From: a virus
Lineage: Duplodnaviria; Caudoviricetes
Length of the DNA: 64,000 nucleotides
Virus record (IMG/VR): IMGVR_UViG_3300032295_000225
Location: 3,698 to 67,697 of that record
Reading direction: 5' to 3' (one strand)
Numbering within the stretch: position 1 is the stretch's first letter; each line of letters starts with the position of its first letter. Below are positions 19,001 to 26,755 of the stretch, one piece after another. A program made the translations under genes and the position numbers. The notes beneath the pieces are model-generated. The model searched no databases, had not been told where the DNA came from, and was given only the letters and a program-made list of their open reading frames with translations.

Positions 19001-19576
19001 TTTGGTTGGGCTACCTAAATTGTATGTTGATGATAGGTCAGGATTAATGTCTGAAGAAATGTCTGCGCTTAGAGAAACTGAATCTAGATTATTATTGCCA
19101 AATACAATATTTCCGTCAAAGGTTACATTGCCAGTTACATGTACAGCACCAGTAACTTCAGTGTTAGTTAATAATTTTATTTCTCCGGCACCTGCAGGAG
19201 TTAAATCAATATCTTCGTTTGATCTTAAAGATTTAATGCCATCAGCATCTATAGATATGCCGTCAGTTTTTATGCCACCTGCAATAATAGTTGCACCTGG
19301 GCCCGTTGCTGAGATTAATATTTCACTAGCATCATTAGTGATCGTGTTTAACGCAAAACTAAAATCTGATATTGTACCAGTATCAACTAATACATTTGTT
19401 GAACTTAGTGTACCGTTAACTAGTAATGGTCTAAATGGTGTATCTGTATTAATACCAATACGGCCATTGTCTACATCGAGATATATTAGATCTGTATCAA
19501 ATGCTAAATCTACTCCGTTGCGAAGTAAATTATTCTCAAGCATTTGACCATTAATTTTACCAACTGTACTAGGCAT
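16076..19576 (-). CDS. Fibre-like virion protein, 1166 aa; paralog of 12252..16040
   Basis: ORF track; same domain order (GKI.GQML..NL.R.GVDLAFD.DLIYLDV N-terminus, WYVAVNGS..GDTVYIYPGTY, RSPYVRNI, SN..LEL.ANGTG repeats). Confidence 0.8.
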   Translation of the reverse strand: MPSTVGKINGQMLENNLLRNGVDLAFDTDLIYLDVDNGRIGINTDTPFRPLLVNGTLSSTNVLVDTGTISDFSFALNTITNDASEILISATGPGATIIAGGIKTDGISIDADGIKSLRSNEDIDLTPAGAGEIKLLTNTEVTGAVHVTGNVTFDGNIVFGNNNLDSVSLSADISSDINPDLSSTYNLGSPTKKWSELHTNLVNGAVYASGGAFVNGIDLGLRQGNIWYVAVNGSYDNVGDHPNGPFDTVEKALSVATAGDTVYIYPGTYYELLPLTVPAGVTVKGSSIRDVTIKPDTSSDSENVFLLNGETTVEDLTVADFFYDSINDTGYAFSFAPGFIVTSRSPYVRNITVITTGSITSGTDPRGFAAGDAGKGAKVDGSLALAGTNEASMLFHSCTFITPGVDAITMTNGVRIEWLNCFTYFAERGLYAIRGTGRVTQDGSTLRYGAEIRSIGSANVYGTYGAVADGVDTLMYLISHNFAYIGLDGDSENDPSSAIQVNEVVELNSGVVHYQTVDQSGNYRIGDLVTIEQSTGKIILNSVAIASTNITVTNGVTSSYIDAFEITTGNITLTGNTIQSNSGGITFTASNNDIDITSNLTVNQSLTVEQLVTLNKNVTIGNSSSDTVYFNASVNSNILPSANNFDLGSTANRWKTLYSTQATFDDILINTNFISTTQSNSNLEFGATGTGVIRIDALDISSNTISSTATNADININPNGTGKIQLLKNTDITGNLVVTGNITLGGSIQLGDVIIDSIDPVGKIGSDLIPNITGFYDIGSVVKTWRNLFMSNLLVDDIEINDNYIRSTVSNSNLELRANGTGIINIPDSVSVVQNLTVNGLTNLKNTTIDGFLTAGAGLVSTNNISASTFITDDIIFDENYITTTLSNSSLELRANGTGNVVFDNVLQITGSTISNSLTSGTETNRSIIFNPISGKSVAIQSTKALQLPIGNNTNRTLTTNGEIRYNNSSSTFEGKITGRNISLYNLFDTDGNTGISPELTPGANDNTIRMYASGVLSATITAQAATFNRIMVDEIDINNNVIGTMNSNADLELERSGSGILNIKDSFNITDNIITNITLDAETQIVSTGNGYVKFVGTGAIRIPHGLTGQQPVTAPIGATRYNTTTFTQEVYNGTAWISAAGTGVDVVSAEEMELISDLYGLLFG

Positions 19577-19593
19577 TTATCGCTCCAATACAA

Positions 19594-19601
19594 TATTTAG
19601 C
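19594..19601 (-). promoter_or_regulatory. Late promoter (GCTAAATA)
   Basis: Intergenic, 17 nt before ATG 19576, with RBS GGAG in between. Confidence 0.7.
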
Positions 19602-19608
19602 GGTTAAA

Positions 19609-20181
19609 TTATTGATCGTATCCGTGTAGCACGTAGATTTTTTGAGTGTTAGGGGGAGGAGTACCAAATTTGATATAGGTACCATTTGCATAAGGTGCGT
19701 TAGGGCCAGATAAGCTACCTGCGGAACTTTGCTCAACTGTAAAATTAATTGTGCCAACTTGCGGGACCTGCCCCACATATACAATTAAATTTTTAGCCAT
19801 TTGCGTTGCATCCCATATCATGTCAGACTGCGTAGTTGCATAATAGGTAAACGGATCAGGCGTTAATGGGAACACTGTTTCTACAGCATTGCCAGTTCCC
19901 GCATCTTGAAGAATAATTTTGCCAGGCTCTTTAAATCTAAAGCTACGCCATGCACCTGCTTGATATCCTTCAAATTCTTCAGTTTCGGTATTATAACGAA
20001 TCATACCGTTAACATATGACGGACTTGTAGAATCGTCAGGGCTTTGGTCTTCGTTGCTACCGCGAGGTAAGGTAAGACTGTACGGTAAATTAATAACAAT
20101 TTCACCGCTCTGATCAATATATAGATCACGGTTTCCGGTTATTGTTTTATTATTAAGAGTAGTTCTTTTAAGATATCGCAT
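19609..20181 (-). CDS. Virion structural protein (190 aa) with one Mtd_N-like motif
   Basis: ORF track; LTLPRGS...NGMIRYNTETEEFEGYQAGAW matches the C-terminal motifs of the two fibre paralogs. Confidence 0.75.
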   Translation of the reverse strand: MRYLKRTTLNNKTITGNRDLYIDQSGEIVINLPYSLTLPRGSNEDQSPDDSTSPSYVNGMIRYNTETEEFEGYQAGAWRSFRFKEPGKIILQDAGTGNAVETVFPLTPDPFTYYATTQSDMIWDATQMAKNLIVYVGQVPQVGTINFTVEQSSAGSLSGPNAPYANGTYIKFGTPPPNTQKIYVLHGYDQ

Positions 20182-20513
20182 TATACACTAATTGATGAAA
20201 CTGTTGCTACTAGATTAGCTGGTGCTGCTGAACTTGCAACAACTCTATCACCGTTATCTAAAATTATTTTTTCTGTATCAAAAGTTACTGTTTCGCCTGC
20301 TGGTACGGCTAATTGACTAACAATCAAATTTGTTGCAGTAATACCAGCGCCTTGTTTAACAAAGTGTAAATCTAAGTATGTTAACCCAGTTGTTGGACTT
20401 AATGGATTATAGGTAACTGTATTGCATACCCAAATGCAGGTTACAGCCGTATTGCCATTACTAACATATAAGTCAGTGTTTCCTGTTCCTATTGCTGTAC
20501 TCTGAATTGCCAT
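20181..20513 (-). CDS. Small beta-rich structural/adaptor protein (110 aa)
   Basis: ORF track; TAATG overlap with the next gene; similar to 11913..12242. Confidence 0.75.
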   Translation of the reverse strand: MAIQSTAIGTGNTDLYVSNGNTAVTCIWVCNTVTYNPLSPTTGLTYLDLHFVKQGAGITATNLIVSQLAVPAGETVTFDTEKIILDNGDRVVASSAAPANLVATVSSISV

Positions 20514-20522
20514 TTTTTATCC

Positions 20523-21578
20523 TTAAAATATAAAACTAAACACTAGTGCTCTTCTTCTGCTTACAAGTTCGTCTTGTAACACTTTAAGAGATGAACCATC
20601 TGTGTCAACTTTTGTATTTACAAAATATAAACCTGTATCACCACCTCCTGTGGTTGATTTTGTATAAATTGATGCAGTACCTGCTTCTACATTAATATCA
20701 ACTGGTCTATCTTTTAATATTAAATATCCATCTAATTCTATTAGTCCGGATGCTGACCTTAATACTAGATCTGCATTTGTATTTCTTGTTGTAATAATGT
20801 TTTGATATATGTTAATATCGTCTACGTCAAAACCTGAATTATTAAATTGTCCGCGCTCTATGCCGTCAACTGTAAAAACTATTCTACTAGGAGCATGGCC
20901 TGCTGAACTATCAAATACTTCAACAGAAGTATTACCTTCTAGTATATTAGTATCAGAAAATGCATATAATTTTGCATCAACATAATCTTCTAATGCCTGA
21001 GTGTTAACTAAACCATCTTCATCAGCAGTTAGTGCAATGACTCCGGCAGCATAAACCGGTCTTGGATTACCTGCAGCATCCCATGCTGAATAACTTAAAA
21101 TCTGTCTTTCATAGTTGCTAGTACCTGTTACTGTAACATAACCTGTACTACTGTTAATCAAATAAAGATTTTGTCCTTCAGTATTAATACTTGGTGTTTG
21201 AATTCCAATTAATGCATTTGAAGAATTTCTAAATTTAAAAATTCCTTGTGTAGAATTTCCTGCCGCATTTAAATGATTTACTTGCTCATCAAATAAAATA
21301 AATGTATCAGGCAGTGATCCTCTGTCAATCGCAATACCTGCCTGATACCCTAACGCTGCATTAACGCCTGCACTTGCTTCACCGCTGTTAATTGTGATAA
21401 TATTATCTTTAACAGTCATTGTCTCAGACTCAACAGTTGTGGTATTACCGGCTACTAATAAGTCTCCAGTGATAACAACTGTTCCAGCTTGAGAGCCAGT
21501 GTTTAATGTAATAGTGCCGCCGCTTTGGACGTTTACCCGATAGTCACCGGCACTGACGTTAACTACTTTTATAGTCAT
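20523..21578 (-). CDS. Virion structural protein (351 aa)
   Basis: ORF track; beta-strand-rich G/T/N/V composition typical of fibres; ends RRRALVFSFIF. Confidence 0.75.
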   Translation of the reverse strand: MTIKVVNVSAGDYRVNVQSGGTITLNTGSQAGTVVITGDLLVAGNTTTVESETMTVKDNIITINSGEASAGVNAALGYQAGIAIDRGSLPDTFILFDEQVNHLNAAGNSTQGIFKFRNSSNALIGIQTPSINTEGQNLYLINSSTGYVTVTGTSNYERQILSYSAWDAAGNPRPVYAAGVIALTADEDGLVNTQALEDYVDAKLYAFSDTNILEGNTSVEVFDSSAGHAPSRIVFTVDGIERGQFNNSGFDVDDINIYQNIITTRNTNADLVLRSASGLIELDGYLILKDRPVDINVEAGTASIYTKSTTGGGDTGLYFVNTKVDTDGSSLKVLQDELVSRRRALVFSFIF

Positions 21579-21579
21579 A

Positions 21580-22134
21580 TTAGATTGCGGTTAATAGTAA
21601 TAATGTAGTTGTTGAGTCGTCGGCAATTGTCCACTTGTAGCGAACATTGTTAAAATCACGAGCAGTACGATTAAACAATTTTTTAATTCTAACTTGTGTA
21701 CCACTTGATGCAATTTGTCCCATGATAGACATTTCGTTAGCAGATAAACTGCCATCTGGTTGATTAACTAGCGTACATACACCTGCTAGACGAACAGTAC
21801 CTGTGCCTGCTCCCGCTGCAGTTGCAGTGAATACTTTGTTAACATACGCATCACCTTGAACACCCATTGATGCCCAGTCAGTATTGCCTAGTGCATTAAT
21901 TACGTATTTTGTACCAACAACTACGCTTTCATCGTTTACAGTAGCACCGTTGGCAACTAAGAATTTATTAGTGCCTTTTTGTGCTAAAATGTAACCAATA
22001 GCACTTTCGGCTGCAGCACCAATTTGTACATTGACCTCTACGTTAAAAAATGTATCACCCGTTAGTGGCCCAAACGTTGCATCATCAGCGTCTGGTAATT
22101 TACCAAATCTTCTTTTATTAATTGGACGTCCCAT
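21580..22134 (-). CDS. Hypothetical structural protein (184 aa, MGRPINKRRFG...)
   Basis: ORF track; strong RBS AAGGAGAA; first gene after the capsid terminator, with its own late promoter. Confidence 0.8.
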   Translation of the reverse strand: MGRPINKRRFGKLPDADDATFGPLTGDTFFNVEVNVQIGAAAESAIGYILAQKGTNKFLVANGATVNDESVVVGTKYVINALGNTDWASMGVQGDAYVNKVFTATAAGAGTGTVRLAGVCTLVNQPDGSLSANEMSIMGQIASSGTQVRIKKLFNRTARDFNNVRYKWTIADDSTTTLLLLTAI

Positions 22135-22155
22135 TTTGTTTTCTCCTTAAGAAAA

Positions 22156-22212
22156 ACGGTGTTCTAGACCGTACGCGGTTGGATTTCCGCATAAAACTTA
22201 CCCTATGTAAGT
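22156..22212 (-). promoter_or_regulatory. Structured 5' leader with three consecutive hairpins (candidate cis-regulatory RNA)
   Basis: Minus strand ACUUAC(AUAGG)GUAAGU, AUGCGG(AAAUCCAA)CCGCGU, ACGGU(CUAGAAC)ACCGU, between promoter GATAAATA and the RBS. Confidence 0.5.
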
Positions 22213-22221
22213 CATACAAAG

Positions 22222-22229
22222 TATTTATC
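22222..22229 (-). promoter_or_regulatory. Late promoter (GATAAATA)
   Basis: Immediately downstream of the capsid terminator; would restart transcription for 22134. Confidence 0.7.
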
Positions 22230-22232
22230 AGA

Positions 22233-22261
22233 TCAAGAGAAAGGGCCCCGAAGAGCCCTTT
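22233..22261 (-). terminator. Rho-independent terminator after the major capsid gene
   Basis: AAAGGGCUC(UUCG)GGGCCCUUU hairpin with a C(UUCG)G tetraloop and one G-U pair, followed by a pyrimidine tract (CUCUUG). Confidence 0.8.
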
Positions 22262-22288
22262 ATAATTAACTACCTTACGGTAAGTTGA

Positions 22289-23458
22289 TTAGCTGAATAC
22301 TGCGTTAGCAATAGTTACAGTACCTAGATAGTCAGCTGCATTACCTAGAGAAGAAGCAGTGTTGCTTAACTCTACATAACCATAACGTGTCATGAATGAT
22401 ACGACTGGTTCGAATGTGCTTGGATCTAGAACAACACCACTGCTCATCAATGGAATGTATGGGCAATAGAATGCTGCTGCATCGCTCTCGTTAGCACCTT
22501 TGTAACCAACTAGAACTGTGTCGCTGCCTGCATATGTGTTAACATAAATCTTCATAGCATTGTTCAATGTACCAACAAACTTAGTGTTTGTAGGTGCTTC
22601 AAATGTACCTTCTGTTGTACGAGCAAATGCGCTTGTAGTAGCAGATTGTAGAATTGTCAATGCTGTTGGGCTTACAACTGCCCAGTTACCAGCGCCACGA
22701 CGTGTACGTTGGGCGATTGTGTTAGCAACACGGTTGATCATAACTGCTAAAGCAGCATGCTCATCACCAACGAAAGTAGCAGTACCAGAAACAGCAGCTT
22801 GGTCGTAGGCTTGTAAGTTTTGTGAACCAGCTAGTGTTGTTAAAGATGCAATGATCTCTTGGTCGATCTCAGCTGTGATCTCTTGTGCAAGAGCAGCCAT
22901 GATTTCTGCTTCGATGTCAATGCCTTGTTGGGCTTGTGCATCTTGAGCAGATTCGAATGTCCAGCGAGCTGATAACTTACGTGTCTTAGCTTCAACTGTT
23001 TGTTTCAAGATCTGGATGCTTAGTCTGTTACCAGCAACACCTTCTAGACCGGCTGTGGCAGCTGCCTTACCAGTTGAAGTATTGCCAGAATATGCTTCAG
23101 CAATCTTGAATGGGCTTAACGCCTCTTCACCAGCAACTGCACCAGAAGCTCCAGAACCTGCTGTGTCGCTATAGCGAACACGTAGAGTGTGGATTTGACC
23201 GACTGGACCAGTCATTGGTTGTACACCAACCAACTCGTTAGCGATAACGGTTGGCATTACACGTCTGATGACGGGTAGAATAACTCTGTTTAGAGTTGCG
23301 ACGTTTCCGGCAGAAGTAGCACCACCTGTTGCACTTTCAGCTAGATACTTACGAGTATTTTCTAGCGTAGTTGCCATTACAGATTTTTTTGTGCCTTGAA
23401 GGCCTTCTAAAAGAGCTTCTTTAGTCTCTGCCCAACGGCCTGTTAGTAGTTCTGACAT
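22289..23458 (-). CDS. gp23: Major capsid protein (T4 gp23-like), 389 aa
   Basis: LPVIRRVMPTVIANELVGVQPMTGPVGQIHTLR, KQTVEAKTRKLSARWTFESAQD, EITAEIDQEI, AFYCPYIPL and FMTRYG are gp23-family motifs; RBS AGGAG; neighbours are gp22/gp21. Confidence 0.95.
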   Translation of the reverse strand: MSELLTGRWAETKEALLEGLQGTKKSVMATTLENTRKYLAESATGGATSAGNVATLNRVILPVIRRVMPTVIANELVGVQPMTGPVGQIHTLRVRYSDTAGSGASGAVAGEEALSPFKIAEAYSGNTSTGKAAATAGLEGVAGNRLSIQILKQTVEAKTRKLSARWTFESAQDAQAQQGIDIEAEIMAALAQEITAEIDQEIIASLTTLAGSQNLQAYDQAAVSGTATFVGDEHAALAVMINRVANTIAQRTRRGAGNWAVVSPTALTILQSATTSAFARTTEGTFEAPTNTKFVGTLNNAMKIYVNTYAGSDTVLVGYKGANESDAAAFYCPYIPLMSSGVVLDPSTFEPVVSFMTRYGYVELSNTASSLGNAADYLGTVTIANAVFS

Positions 23459-23472
23459 TTATTTTCTCCTAA

Positions 23473-24567
23473 TTAATGTTTAATTCCAGCTAGACGACGC
23501 ATATTAAAAATATTGCTTTCGTGTTCACTGCTACTGACGCTGTGGGTTTCTTTGTTGCCTGTTACTTCTTTTGCCTCTACTAATGCCTTCTTCTTCTGTG
23601 GAGCTTCGCCAGCGATTACTGCCGGTAGGTACTTGTCAAAACTACTACGTAGCTTTGTTGTGTGTACACTTTCAAGCAATTCACTCATAATAGCCTTTTG
23701 GCCGTTAGCCAAAGGTCCTACTAATTCGTTCATAATTGCTTGACGTTGCTTGCTCTCCATTAGAGCTTTTATTTCTGCTTCTTTGCTTTCTGAGATTAAA
23801 CGAGCTTCTGCTACAGCGTTTTTAGCTTGGGCTAGTTCTAATTCTTTCAGGTCTATGACTTTGAGCAATTTAGCTGATTCTGATTTTTCACTAAGGTAAC
23901 TACCTTGATATTCGCTAGCAAATGCTTCGAACAACTTACGACCGAAGTCGTTTCTACGGGCTGCTTCAATGTCTTCTTTAAGTTGACCAATCTCTTTGGT
24001 AAGAGTCTTTTCAACTGTATTCTCGACTAGTGTAGCTGCACGTTTGACAAATTGTTCTTTCATGCTTGCCAAAGCCTGACGGCCTTCGCGAACTAGTTTT
24101 ACTTTAGTTTCTGCAAGATCTTTCTTGTCTGTATGGAATTCTGCAATTTCATGAGCTAGGGCTTCTACTACAAACTTCTCAAGTGTGTGAAACTTGGAAG
24201 CCATCTGTACTTGATCTTCGTGTAATTCTTTAACTTCAGCAGCTAGTTGTCGTGTAATAAATTCCTTCATTACGCTGGCAGTTTTTTTACCTTCTACCAC
24301 AACTCTAGCTTTTGCTTCTGCTAGTTGATTACGATCTTCTACAAATTGAGCAATTTCCTCTTTTAATTGATCGCTTAACATGCGATCAATCGCTTCAACC
24401 ATGACTTGTTTGTCATGCTCGTAGCGTTGAGCAAATTCTTCACGTAACTGTTGAGTAACTTGTGTACGAGCCTCGGTTAAACGAGTCTCCCAAGCTGCCT
24501 CAATATCAGCCTTAATCTCTTCAGAAATCACGTTATTTTCAAACAGATTCTTTAATGCGTCCAACAT
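23473..24567 (-). CDS. gp22: Prohead core scaffold protein (gp22-like), 364 aa
   Basis: Coiled-coil, E/K/A-rich; lies between protease and capsid gene as in T4; C-terminal RRLAG motif. Confidence 0.85.
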   Translation of the reverse strand: MLDALKNLFENNVISEEIKADIEAAWETRLTEARTQVTQQLREEFAQRYEHDKQVMVEAIDRMLSDQLKEEIAQFVEDRNQLAEAKARVVVEGKKTASVMKEFITRQLAAEVKELHEDQVQMASKFHTLEKFVVEALAHEIAEFHTDKKDLAETKVKLVREGRQALASMKEQFVKRAATLVENTVEKTLTKEIGQLKEDIEAARRNDFGRKLFEAFASEYQGSYLSEKSESAKLLKVIDLKELELAQAKNAVAEARLISESKEAEIKALMESKQRQAIMNELVGPLANGQKAIMSELLESVHTTKLRSSFDKYLPAVIAGEAPQKKKALVEAKEVTGNKETHSVSSSEHESNIFNMRRLAGIKH

Positions 24568-24582
24568 GTGATTCTCCTCTTG

Positions 24583-25215
24583 TTATCGGAGCTTGCTTAT
24601 TATGCCTAATAAGCTCTCTTTGAGATATTTTTGTGCTTTCGGGTCACCTTTAACCTCTTGCGCTATGCGTAAGGCATTATAACCACCACGACTATTAATC
24701 AGGTGTTCATAAATTGGTGTAGGGTATGCGCCAGGGGCACTGGGTTGAGCTACCACATCTACTGTGATAATCTCAAAATCGGATACTTCACCAGAACCGT
24801 TATCGCTAACGTTCCCGGATCCGCGACTTGAAACTCCTAACTTCACTCCACTTTCTAACATAGTTTTCACTAGTTGTCCCATAGGTGTTGGTAGAATTTT
24901 TAATTTTCCATAACCGTCACTGCCTTCCATCCACATTTTTGTTACCATGTGGCAGACGCGGTCAAGGTTAATTCTTAGATCGTCTGGATGATCAACTTCG
25001 CCTAAAACTGAATATCCACCTTCGATTTGATCGTTCAGGGTTTTGACAGCCCTGGCGATTTCTTTCGCAGGATAAACACGCTGATTCTGATTCCGCTTGT
25101 CACCTTGGATGAAAATACCTGACATATACAAGTTCTTTCCATCCTGACCATCGGACTCAACGACCACTCTCGCTTGGTCGAAACTCAGGTTCTCACGAAG
25201 ATAGTTCATCGTCAT
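24583..25215 (-). CDS. gp21: Prohead maturation protease (gp21-like), 210 aa
   Basis: GIFIQGDKRNQNQRVYP, LGEVDHP, GKLKILPTPMGQLVKTMLESGVKLGVSSRGSG and DVVAQPSAPGA are gp21-family motifs. Confidence 0.93.
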   Translation of the reverse strand: MTMNYLRENLSFDQARVVVESDGQDGKNLYMSGIFIQGDKRNQNQRVYPAKEIARAVKTLNDQIEGGYSVLGEVDHPDDLRINLDRVCHMVTKMWMEGSDGYGKLKILPTPMGQLVKTMLESGVKLGVSSRGSGNVSDNGSGEVSDFEIITVDVVAQPSAPGAYPTPIYEHLINSRGGYNALRIAQEVKGDPKAQKYLKESLLGIISKLR

Positions 25216-25219
25216 CTAC

Positions 25220-26068
25220 TTACTTTGCACCAATAGTGCTTTTAGTATTAACACCGTTGTCGCCACCTTGTGGTGTCGCCATTTTCTTTAGGTGTTTTAC
25301 TCCTGCTTTACCGCCTGGTACATTTACGTTACCTGCGTTATCTTCTTTGCTAGATGGATTAGCTAAGCCGCCTTTTGTGCCGCCTGTTGTGCTTTCTCCA
25401 CCTTTTACGATATTAGCAGTTGTACCGCCCATATTGTTTGATTTTGCTACAGTAGACTTAGCGTTTGCGCCATTGTCACCGTGCTTTGGATTGCCGACTT
25501 TCTCTACGTATTCACGCATGAAAGCATCTTCTGGCATTTTGCCCATGTCGTCGCCCATGTCGTCATCGCCCATGTCGCCCATGTCGTCATCGCCCATGTC
25601 GCCCATGTCGTCATCGCCCATGTCGTCGCCCATTAGTGCTTCAAATTCAGCTTTTAGTTCGTCAAGTGCGTCTTCTAGGTCAACTACGCGATCTTCAATA
25701 TCGTCTTCGCCGCCCATGTCTTCTTCGTCACCTTCGTCGTCGGCTTCAAGGTCGTCGATCATGTCGTCACCAGCGTCGCCGCCGATATCGCCACCTTCGT
25801 CTTCACCTTCAGCAAAGCCAAAACTTTCTTCCATTTCTTCGTCGTCTTCTTCTGCAGCTTCGTCGAGGCCTTCTTCGTCCTCTTCTTTAGCTTCGTCCAT
25901 TTCTTCGTCATCTTCTTCTTTGGCTTCATTGAAGTCTTCAGCTAAGATGTTTTCATAGATTTCGCGAGATTTTTCAACTACTAGTTGATGGAAAAGCTCT
26001 TTGGCTTTGTCACTTTCATCATTAATGAGATGCTCGAGCATCTGCTCGAATTTATTTCGATCAGTCAT
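25220..26068 (-). CDS. Highly acidic prohead core-like protein (282 aa; T4 gp67/gp68-like role inferred)
   Basis: Start moved from the ORF-track 26134 to ATG 26068, which follows AGGAGAAAACAA and lies downstream of late promoter 26103-26110. D/E-rich N-half, G/K/N-rich C-half; position directly upstream of gp21. Confidence 0.7.
   Translation of the reverse strand: MTDRNKFEQMLEHLINDESDKAKELFHQLVVEKSREIYENILAEDFNEAKEEDDEEMDEAKEEDEEGLDEAAEEDDEEMEESFGFAEGEDEGGDIGGDAGDDMIDDLEADDEGDEEDMGGEDDIEDRVVDLEDALDELKAEFEALMGDDMGDDDMGDMGDDDMGDMGDDDMGDDMGKMPEDAFMREYVEKVGNPKHGDNGANAKSTVAKSNNMGGTTANIVKGGESTTGGTKGGLANPSSKEDNAGNVNVPGGKAGVKHLKKMATPQGGDNGVNTKSTIGAK
25541..25633. repeat. In-frame tandem repeat: three exact 24-bp units (25552-25623) plus partial units, encoding (MGDDDMGD)n
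   Basis: cgcccatgtcgtcatcgcccatgt at 25552, 25576 and 25600. Confidence 0.95.
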
Positions 26069-26102
26069 TTGTTTTCTCCTATAGGTTGCAAGGCTGTCAA
26101 TA

Positions 26103-26110
26103 TATTTACA
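26103..26110 (-). promoter_or_regulatory. Late promoter (TGTAAATA) for the core/protease/scaffold/capsid operon
   Basis: Intergenic, 34 nt before ATG 26068. Confidence 0.65.
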
Positions 26111-26145
26111 CTTAATTGTAATAATAGGGGGCAAATGGCCTAATT

Positions 26146-26733
26146 TTAACGTATTTTAGGCCACGATGGTAATAATTTAGTTAGATGTTGATAACTTATA
26201 TGTCTGAAGTTAGGATAATCCCATTCAGGATCAAAATAATTTTCTTCTAACACTACTCTGTAGTATTTAATATTTCTATTATTTTTTATAACTTGGTCAG
26301 TCTGTCTGCGCCAGTTACCAAAATAGGTAGCTGGATCTGAGGACTTTTTGTAGTTAGGAGTATCGGCATAGACATTGTTTACTAAGCCTTGTTGACCAAC
26401 ATAATCAAAACCTAATATAAAAATTTCATTTGGTCCTGCTTTACTGGCCATGTCTAATGCTGTTGGACCCGAACTCCATCCTAAACTGGGCTGAAAATAC
26501 TTAAATCCTTGATAAGATTTATATTTAGAGTTAGGGTTAGTCCACACTTCGTGGGTCTTTTGCCAACCTGATTTTTCAATTTCAACTATCATTTTTGGAT
26601 CTACTGCCACTAGATAGTCTGGTTCAAACTCTCTATATAGAGCATTACACCCATAGATTTTACCAAATGGGTGAAGTTGACTTGGGTGAATGTTGAGGCG
26701 GCTGTTGCCGTTTCCTAGTACAAAACTACGCAT
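26146..26733 (-). CDS. CstII/Maf(DUF115)-like glycosyltransferase-fold protein (195 aa)
   Basis: FVLGNGNS..YGCNALY and WSSGPTALDMASKAGPNEIFILGFDY parallel the CstII (GT42) motifs IIAGNGPS..FRCNQFY and TSGVYMCAVAIALGYKEIYLSGIDFY as recalled; RBS AAGGA. Confidence 0.6.
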   Translation of the reverse strand: MRSFVLGNGNSRLNIHPSQLHPFGKIYGCNALYREFEPDYLVAVDPKMIVEIEKSGWQKTHEVWTNPNSKYKSYQGFKYFQPSLGWSSGPTALDMASKAGPNEIFILGFDYVGQQGLVNNVYADTPNYKKSSDPATYFGNWRRQTDQVIKNNRNIKYYRVVLEENYFDPEWDYPNFRHISYQHLTKLLPSWPKIR

Positions 26734-26755
26734 AAATTATCCTTTGATGAATAAT

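Noticed and set aside
12252-20181. Mtd_N-like motifs as evidence for a diversity-generating retroelement
   Set aside because: No reverse transcriptase, no template/variable repeat pair differing at adenines, and no C-type lectin C-terminus in the window.
25541-25633. Short direct repeats as a CRISPR array
   Set aside because: Units are contiguous with no unique spacers and keep the reading frame of a protein.
26069-26134. ORF-track N-terminal extension of the acidic protein, and TTGACA at 26095-26100
   Set aside because: The extension spans the late promoter and RBS, so ATG 26068 is preferred. The TTGACA has no -10 box at 16-18 nt spacing.
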